NCBI GenBank assembly: GCA_039587535.1
Contig: JBDHIF010000011.1
Span: forward strand, 1 to 64,000
Source of the DNA: Gemmatimonadota bacterium
GTDB taxonomy: Bacteria > Gemmatimonadota > Gemmatimonadetes > Longimicrobiales > Gaopeijiaceae
Length of the DNA stretch: 64,000 nucleotides
Direction of reading: 5' to 3'
Below the pieces are notes generated by a model. That model was not told where the DNA came from. It made no database searches and saw only the letters and a list, made by a program, of their open reading frames with translations. The translations under genes were made by a program, and so were the position numbers. Below are positions 57,616 through 64,000 of this stretch, piece after piece; positions within the stretch are counted from its first letter, which is position 1; each line of letters begins with the position of its first letter.

Positions 57616-58806
57616 ATGACTCCCTCACTCGGCACCCGAATCCGACCGGGCCTCGTGGCTCTGACGCTCGTCCTCGGGATGCTGTCGACTTCCAAGCAGG
57701 ACGTCACGGCCCAGGCCCCGACGGCCGCGGACTCGGCGGCTGTCCTGCTACAGACCGCACGTGACTTCGAAGCCTCCGGCCGGGGTGAGGTCGCGGAGGC
57801 CCTGTATGCCTATATCGCCGAGCGCTTCAGCCAGACCTCGGCGGCGGCGGGTGCCCGTGCGGCCCTGGAGCGGTGGCAGGCGCAGCGCCCCCGTGAGAGT
57901 GGTCGGGTGGAGCTTCAGGTCTGGGGCACGCTCTACGGGCTCTGGCTCGGTCTGGCCGTGCCCACGGCGCTCGGTGCCGACGACACAGAGGCATACGGTG
58001 CGGGTATCCTACTCGGCGCTCCGGCTGGATTCCTCGCGGCGCGAGCCATGACGCGGACTCGAAGGCTCACGGAAGGCCAAACGCGGGCGATCACATGGGG
58101 CGGGACCTGGGGCACGTTCCAGGGGCTGGGATGGAGCCAGGTCCTGGACCTCGGCGAGGACCTCGTGTGCGTGGAGGACTTCTGCTACACGCAGGGTGAC
58201 CAAACGGAGGAGCAATTCGCTTCCATGGTCATCGGTGGGCTGGCCGGGGTCGTGGTCGGAGGTCTTCTTTCCCGTCGAGGGATCGATCCTGGCGTGGCGA
58301 CCGGTGCTCACTACGGATCGGTGCTCGGCACTTGGTTGGGCGTCGCCGGCGCGATCGTGGGTGGCATGGAGGACGACGACGACGTCTGGACGTCGACCCT
58401 GCTCGTGGGGAACGCGGGGCTGGTCGGCGGCGCGTGGGCGGCCGACCATTTCGGTTGGAGCCGGAACCGCGTGCGACTGATGGGGCTGGGCGCTCTCTTG
58501 GGTGGCCTGGCAGGTGTCGGCATCGATCTCCTGGTCCAACCCGATGATGAGGAGGCCGTGTTCGGGATCCCCCTTGCCACGAGCGTCGCGGGTCTCGGGG
58601 CCGGGATCTACCTGACCAGGAACTACGATCAGGGCCCGGGAACGGGGCCAGGCGGGATGGACGCACTCCTGAGCTTCCGCCGAGGGGGAGGGTGGGGCAG
58701 CGGAATCCCGGTGCCGGTGCCCACGCTCCTCCGGGTGCCCGACGGGACCGGTCGGGATCGGTTGAGCCCGGGTCTGCGCTTCACGCTGTTCACGGGGCGC
58801 TTCTGA
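57616..58806 (+). CDS. Hypothetical membrane protein with glycine-zipper TM segments
   Basis: Start trimmed to MTPSLGTRIR (the 57124 ORF overlaps the convergent gene). Repeated GxxxG-rich helices. Confidence 0.4.
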   Translation: MTPSLGTRIRPGLVALTLVLGMLSTSKQDVTAQAPTAADSAAVLLQTARDFEASGRGEVAEALYAYIAERFSQTSAAAGARAALERWQAQRPRESGRVELQVWGTLYGLWLGLAVPTALGADDTEAYGAGILLGAPAGFLAARAMTRTRRLTEGQTRAITWGGTWGTFQGLGWSQVLDLGEDLVCVEDFCYTQGDQTEEQFASMVIGGLAGVVVGGLLSRRGIDPGVATGAHYGSVLGTWLGVAGAIVGGMEDDDDVWTSTLLVGNAGLVGGAWAADHFGWSRNRVRLMGLGALLGGLAGVGIDLLVQPDDEEAVFGIPLATSVAGLGAGIYLTRNYDQGPGTGPGGMDALLSFRRGGGWGSGIPVPVPTLLRVPDGTGRDRLSPGLRFTLFTGRF

Positions 58807-58859
58807 GCGCTCCCCGGAGCGGGGGATCGCTCAAGGAAGCGGAGTCACTCGGCGACCGC

Positions 58860-59762
58860 TCAAAGGTCCTGCGACAAGGCTTCGATGAGGGGGCGGTATC
58901 CCTCGCGGAAGGTCGGAAACGCGAACCGGAACCCCGACGCTACCAGGCGATCGCTGGAACACCGTTTGTTGGATCGGCTCTTGGATCCAGTCGGTCGGCT
59001 GTCCGGGGCCCCTGCGTTTTCTGAGCCGGCGCAGGGATCCGGCGCACCCAACTGCTCGGCCACCCAGCCGTAAACCTCCCTCAACTGTGCCGGATCACGG
59101 TCCACTCCGAGGTAGAGTCGAGCGGGGTCCTCGAGGTTGAGGAGGTGCCGCGTCGCGCCGGCAGCGTCGTCTCGATGAATGCGGTTTCCGTATCGGTCCG
59201 GCTCCGGGCACCGGGCCGATCCGTCCGCGATCCGTCGCACTGTGCGGTCCCGGCCGGGTCCATAGATTCCGCCGAGTCGCAGGACTACACCGGTGCCCTC
59301 GAAGGCGTGGACCAGGGATTCACCCGCCAGCAGGGCGGCCCCTGTCTCGCCGGCGGGCTCCGGCGGTGTGCCCTCGTCGACGCGCGCTCCGTCGGTTTGG
59401 CCGAACGCCCCCGTGCTGGAGACGAGAACGAGGCGGCCGCGGAACGGATCTTCACCGGAGCCGGTGGCTCGGATGACGTTACGCAGCCCGTCTACGTACG
59501 CGTTTCGATATGCCGTGCCGCTCCGCTCCGCCGGTGAGACGGCGTAGACGACGGCATCGACCCGGGGAGGTAGTCGATCGAGGGTCGCCTGAACCAGGAC
59601 GTCACCGGCCAGCGGCTCGACGCCCTCGGGCAGCCCGGTCGGATGACGCTTGAGCCCTGTGACCCGGTGGCCATCGGCCACGAGCAGGCGTGCGAGGGCC
59701 TGTCCCACGTACCCGCAGCCCACCACGAGCACGTGGCCACGATATCGGTCCTTCGGCGTCAT
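58860..59762 (-). CDS. NAD-dependent epimerase/dehydratase (SDR-fold) protein
   Basis: ..HVLVVGCGYVGQALARLL.. Rossmann motif. Start trimmed from the 430-aa ORF. ATGA overlap with the upstream Usp gene. Confidence 0.65.
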   Translation of the reverse strand: MTPKDRYRGHVLVVGCGYVGQALARLLVADGHRVTGLKRHPTGLPEGVEPLAGDVLVQATLDRLPPRVDAVVYAVSPAERSGTAYRNAYVDGLRNVIRATGSGEDPFRGRLVLVSSTGAFGQTDGARVDEGTPPEPAGETGAALLAGESLVHAFEGTGVVLRLGGIYGPGRDRTVRRIADGSARCPEPDRYGNRIHRDDAAGATRHLLNLEDPARLYLGVDRDPAQLREVYGWVAEQLGAPDPCAGSENAGAPDSRPTGSKSRSNKRCSSDRLVASGFRFAFPTFREGYRPLIEALSQDL

Positions 59763-60645
59763 TCCTGCTTCGGCGGAGGGATCACGAAGACCGGGCACTT
59801 CGAAGCCTCGATGACCCGGCGGGAGACGCTGCCCACCATCATGGCCTGTCCGTGGGTCGTGCCGCGGCTGCCGATGACGATGAGCTCTGGCTCGAGAGCC
59901 TCCGCTGCTCCTACGATCACCTCCTCGGCCCGGCCGTATTCGGTGCGCGCGTCGAAACGCGACGAGGACAGTCCGGCTTTCTCCATGGCTCCGCGGACCC
60001 GCTCTCCGGCGCGCTCTTCCACCTTCGCCCGGGCACGCTCGTACTCCTCGGAAGAGCCGAAGAGGGCCTGGTCGACCGGGATACCTGGTGGCTCCACCGC
60101 GTGGACGACACGACCGGTGGCGCCGAAGTGCTCGGCCAGCGCGCGGGCCCATGACAGGACTTCCGGAGCGCTATCGGATTCGTCCACCGCCGCGAGGATC
60201 TTTCTCGGCGGGTGGTCCCTGAGCTCGTGTGCGATCAGCACCGGGATCGAGGCTTGTCCGAGGAGCGTCGAGTTCACGCGCCCCAGGAGCCCTCCCGCCA
60301 CAACCTCTTGATGGGCGCCCACGGCGATCGCGTCGACATTCAGCTCGGACGCCAGCCGGGCAAGCTCGACGCCAGCCGGGCCGTCCGAGAAGCGCACCTC
60401 CACCCGGTCCGGGCCATACGCATTCCTGAGCTCTGCCAGCCGCGCTCCGATCTCTCTCCGAATCTCCTCGGTTTTCCGCTCTGCCAGCGAAGGCGAGAAG
60501 AAGTTCAGGATCCGCCGGGTGTCCAGAGCATGAGCCAGGATGAGACGAGCTTCCGGAGCGAAGGCTCGGGCCGTCCAGGCTGCGCCCGCCACCGACGAAG
60601 GCGTCAGGTCGATGCCGATGAGGATCGTGTCGAGCTTGTGCGTCA
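59759..60645 (-). CDS. Universal stress protein, tandem UspA domains
   Basis: Two Usp modules (..ILIGIDLTPSS.., ..ILAAVDESDSA..G.HG....GSVS..V......PVLV). Confidence 0.7.
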
Positions 60646-60742
60646 TGGCGGGTACTCGGAGAAGGGGCGGGTGCAACGTGCTCACTACCGGGCCTGGAGG
60701 CACGGGTTCCTACGTCCAACGATATTGGCGGGCTGCCCCACG

Positions 60743-61588
60743 TCAGGGGGCTCCCACGAGGAGCTCCGTCAGGCGAGGTAGCGCCCGCCCGAGCTGCTCT
60801 TCGATCTTGCACGTGGCGTCCTCGTCGCCACGCGTCGGCCCCACGTTTACGATCGCCACCGGCTTTCCTTCGTCCCGGGCTCGGAGCACGAACCGGCGTC
60901 CGGAAAAGACCGTCAGTGAGGACCCGACCACCAGCAGTAGCTCACCTCGGTCGAAGATGGACCAGGCCCTCGTGAGTCGATTTTTCGGAACGTTCTCACC
61001 GAAGAATACCACGTGGGGCTTCAAGATGCCGCCGCAGGATCGGCATGGCGCCACGCGGAATCCCTCCTCGCTGCCGTCGGGGAGCTCGGCGTCACCGTCG
61101 GCGACGTAGTGGCCGGCGGTCGCGGCGAAGTCGGGGTTGAGCTTACGGAGCCGGTCCTGGACGAGGTCTCGCTCCTCGATGCGACCACAGGACATGCACA
61201 CGACCTTGGAGAGGCGGCCGTGGAGGTCCACCACGGAGCGACTCCCGGCCGCCTGATGGAGCTCGTCGACGTTCTGGGTGATGACGCCCTTGACGACGCC
61301 AGCGCGTTCCAGGCTGGCCAGTGCGTTGTGGGCCGCATTGGGTCGCGAGCGTGCGAAGCGGGGCCATCCGACCATGCTGCGTGCCCAGTACCTGGCCCGG
61401 GACGCCTCGCTCGCCATGAATTCCTGAAAGCGGATCGGCTCTCGTCCCTTGCGCAGCGATCCGCCGGGCCCCCGATAGTCGGGGATCCCCGACTCGGTGC
61501 TGCATCCCGCCCCCGACAGCACCACCGCCGTGTGTCGACGTAGGAGCTCTACCAGCTGCTCCGGCGTCCGCTTGGTATGGGTGGTCAT
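60743..61588 (-). CDS. NAD-dependent protein deacylase, Sir2 family (CobB-like) with Zn ribbon
   Basis: ..GAGCSTESGIPDYRG.., ..ITQNVDELH.., CMSCG...CRSCGG, ..VVGSSLTV.. Confidence 0.8.
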   Translation of the reverse strand: MTTHTKRTPEQLVELLRRHTAVVLSGAGCSTESGIPDYRGPGGSLRKGREPIRFQEFMASEASRARYWARSMVGWPRFARSRPNAAHNALASLERAGVVKGVITQNVDELHQAAGSRSVVDLHGRLSKVVCMSCGRIEERDLVQDRLRKLNPDFAATAGHYVADGDAELPDGSEEGFRVAPCRSCGGILKPHVVFFGENVPKNRLTRAWSIFDRGELLLVVGSSLTVFSGRRFVLRARDEGKPVAIVNVGPTRGDEDATCKIEEQLGRALPRLTELLVGAP

Positions 61589-61925
61589 GACTCTCCCCGG
61601 GCGTTCCATGTGCGTAGGACCGTGAGCCGGCGCCCCTGTCTCGCGGCCCCCGGTCGTACGGGGAGCCCGCGATCGAGCAAGTCGTCCAGCTCCAACCTGG
61701 CCGTCATACCCCGCGGGGATCCACGCCCGCCCGCCACTCAGAGCCCCGATCCGGTTGCTGGACCCGGGCTGCCGACCGTCCGGCGGACGCCCTCACGAGC
61801 GTCGCGACGACCAGGAGGTCGAGGGGCGACATCGCCGCCGATCGGCCTCCCCGTTGAATTCGGTGGGATTGAAGGTGAGCTTGAGCATCTCCGGAGCCTG
61901 AACGGCGAGTCACGAGAGCAAACGA

Positions 61926-63224
61926 ATGCGTCGGAATATTCTGCACGTCGGTGCAGCCAATCTGAAGTATGAGATCCGCGAGATCGTCACCGCGGCCCAT
62001 GAAGTCGAGGCCCTCGGACTCGAGATGACCTGGGAGAACATCGGGGATCCTGTGCACAAGGGCGAGATCCCTCCCCAGTGGATTCGCAACATCGTTTCGG
62101 ACCTCGTGCACGAGCAGGAGTCCTGGGGCTACTGTGACACGCAGGGCGTTCCCGAAGTCCGAGCCTTCCTGGCCGACGAGGTGAATCGTCGTGACGGGGT
62201 CCAGGTCACGGCCGATGAGATCATGTTCTTCAACGGCCTCGGCGACGCGATCGCCAAGGTCTACGGGTTCATGCGGCGTGAGGCACGGATCCTCGGACCC
62301 TCGCCGGCTTACTCCACGCACTCATCAGCGGAAGCCGCCCACTCCGGCTACAACCACGTCACCTATTCGCTGGACCCGGAGACGGGTTGGATGCCCGATG
62401 TCGAGGACATCCGGAACAAGGTCCGGTACAACGATTCCATCGCCGGAATCCTGCTCCTGTCGCCTGACAATCCGACGGGGGCCGTTTATCCCCGCGAGAT
62501 CCTGGAGGAGATCGCAGCCATCGCGGAAGAGCACGACATCTTCATCATCACCGACGAGATCTACGCGAACATCGTCTACAACGGACAGCCCGTGCTCCAC
62601 ATGAGTGAGTGGATCGGGAATGTGCCCGGCATCGCCATGAGGGGGATCAGCAAGGAGTACCCCTGGCCAGGCGCCCGTTGCGGTTGGCTCGAGATACTCA
62701 ACAAGAATAGCGATCCGGTGTTCGCGCAGTATGTGGACAGCCTCCTGGCGGCGAAGCGGCTCGAGGTCTCCTCGACCACGCTGCCTCAGCTCTCCATCCC
62801 CCGGGTCATGGGCGATCCCCGCTATCAGGAGCACCTCGAGCGTCGTCGTCTCATGTTCTCAGATCGAGCCGATGAGATGATGGCGGCGTTCGAGGGGTGT
62901 AGCCACGTGACCGTGAACAAGCCCGGTGGGGCGTTCTACTTCACCGTGCGGTTCGACGACGGCGTGCTCAACGGCGCTCAGACCCTACCCATCGATGACC
63001 CGCAGATCCGACGCGCGGTAGAGCGCCTGGTGGAAGGGGTCGAGCCGGACAAGCGGTTCGTCTACTACCTGATGGGTGCCACCGGGATCGTCGTGGTACC
63101 GCTCACGGGCTTCCAGAGCGATCACCACGGGTTCCGGGCCACGCTGCTCGAGACGGATGACGATCGTCGCTCCTGGGTGTTCCGTTCCCTTCGCGAGGCC
63201 GTCGACCAGTACGTCGGGAGCTGA
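61926..63224 (+). CDS. PLP-dependent aminotransferase class I/II (alanine-aminotransferase-like subfamily)
   Basis: 432 aa, ..SPDNPTGAVY.., ..SKEYPWPGARCGWL.. Lys-containing region. Confidence 0.7.
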   Translation: MRRNILHVGAANLKYEIREIVTAAHEVEALGLEMTWENIGDPVHKGEIPPQWIRNIVSDLVHEQESWGYCDTQGVPEVRAFLADEVNRRDGVQVTADEIMFFNGLGDAIAKVYGFMRREARILGPSPAYSTHSSAEAAHSGYNHVTYSLDPETGWMPDVEDIRNKVRYNDSIAGILLLSPDNPTGAVYPREILEEIAAIAEEHDIFIITDEIYANIVYNGQPVLHMSEWIGNVPGIAMRGISKEYPWPGARCGWLEILNKNSDPVFAQYVDSLLAAKRLEVSSTTLPQLSIPRVMGDPRYQEHLERRRLMFSDRADEMMAAFEGCSHVTVNKPGGAFYFTVRFDDGVLNGAQTLPIDDPQIRRAVERLVEGVEPDKRFVYYLMGATGIVVVPLTGFQSDHHGFRATLLETDDDRRSWVFRSLREAVDQYVGS

Positions 63225-63257
63225 CATCCCGACCGACCGAGCTCGGACCGCTGGGTT

Positions 63258-63689
63258 TCAGCGCTCTGCCGCGATGGTGAGCTTGAACCCGTCCGGATCG
63301 ATGACGGTGAAGGCCCTGGCGCCCCAGGGCATGTCGGTGGGGCCCTCGTGGAGCTCCACGCCACGTTCTCGGACGTACCCCGCCAGGACATCCACGTCTT
63401 GCGCGGTGCTCAGGTGCAGCCGGAAGCCCCGGCCTTTGATCCTGTCGGAGCCGGCCTTGCCGTCGTCCTCGGACAGAAGGAGCGTGACCGACCCGGCGAC
63501 CAGCGCGGCTCCTACGCGGCGCCCCTCATGTTCCCAGATCTCGTCGACGACGAAGCCCATGACGTCGCGGTAGAACTTCAGGCTCTCGTCTACGTCGCTC
63601 ACCGTGAAGGAGGGCGTGACGCGGCGCAGCCGGAGGGTCTCCGGAGAGCTCCGCTGCTTTAGCTCATGGGCCGGAACCTGGTCGGACAT
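63258..63689 (-). CDS. VOC-family (glyoxalase/bleomycin-resistance fold) protein
   Basis: ..FTVSDVDESLKFYRDVMGF..HLSTAQDVD.. Confidence 0.5.
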   Translation of the reverse strand: MSDQVPAHELKQRSSPETLRLRRVTPSFTVSDVDESLKFYRDVMGFVVDEIWEHEGRRVGAALVAGSVTLLLSEDDGKAGSDRIKGRGFRLHLSTAQDVDVLAGYVRERGVELHEGPTDMPWGARAFTVIDPDGFKLTIAAER

Positions 63690-63797
63690 GCTAACCTCCT
63701 CGGTTGGATCGGGCCGGTTCCCGAGCGAAACATACGGCGCAGCGTCTGTTCGTGCTCCTGGCCGCATCCACCCAGCTGTGGTCGCGCGTCCACGGGG

Positions 63798-64000
63798 TCA
63801 GGGAAGGGGACGGACTTCGGCGCCATGGCTGAGCGTCGCGGGAGGGAAGAGCACGACCTGGTCTCCCTCGACGAGGCCTTCGACGACCTCGGCGCGTTCG
63901 GCGTTTCGCAACCCGAGTGTGACCTCCCGGCGCACGGCCCGGCCGTTCACCACCGCGTAGACGGCCCATGCTCCGTCCGAGCGGAACAGGCCGGACGTGG
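63798..64000 (-). CDS. C-terminal fragment (partial; continues past window end) of an RND/efflux membrane-fusion (HlyD-family) periplasmic adaptor
   Basis: Minus-strand frame reads ..GAWAVYAVVNGRAVRREVTLGLRNAERAEVVEGLVEGDQVVLFPPATLSHG*. Confidence 0.5.
   Translation of the reverse strand, partial: TSGLFRSDGAWAVYAVVNGRAVRREVTLGLRNAERAEVVEGLVEGDQVVLFPPATLSHGAEVRPLP

Overview
High-GC soil-bacterium-like chromosomal window (Gemmatimonadota-like gene content). Three zones can be separated.

(A) 1-5700 is an accessory mosaic of decayed integrative elements. It holds two truncated tyrosine-integrase C-terminal fragments, three full and two partial copies of a structured tRNA-like (T-arm plus acceptor minihelix) RNA element that serves as the att repeat, and arm-type direct repeats. 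Four MITE-like ~90-bp repeats with terminal inverted repeats sit just upstream of accessory genes, and the cargo includes vapBC, a comEA-like gene and two paralogous membrane-anchored proteins.

(B) 5776-22016 is one uninterrupted co-directional gene run of 16 genes: amtB-glnK-glnA, a flotillin, a complete stressosome-like partner-switching module, a large three-domain enzyme, a CysQ/IMPase-family phosphatase and a 2TM pore-loop channel with tandem RCK domains. The stressosome module comprises a membrane Cache-HAMP-STAS sensor, globin-STAS RsbR, RsbS, an RsbT-kinase::PP2C fusion, a PP2C::RsbW-kinase fusion and an RsbV-like STAS protein, with no sigma factor. The three-domain enzyme combines an isochorismatase-like domain, a ChoK/APH-like kinase and a NUDT9-like Nudix domain with a degenerate Nudix box. 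The last three genes are translationally coupled and are the best candidate for an undescribed signal-output system, read here as a stress-controlled nucleotide (ADP-ribose-like) signal gating an ion channel.

(C) 22300-64000 is mostly housekeeping and secreted-enzyme genes: M20 and S8 peptidases, an FG-GAP/LVIVD beta-propeller protein, menB, a CoA-transferase, an SSS transporter, an M19 dipeptidase, a BBE oxidase, HU, katG, yaiI, a DEAD-box helicase, aminotransferases, a sirtuin-Usp-SDR operon and an RND adaptor fragment. Notable here are a secreted, internally duplicated creatininase-family protein with substituted metal ligands and a promoter-plus-terminator leader/sRNA candidate.

Many long antisense ORFs in the track are GC artefacts and were rejected.
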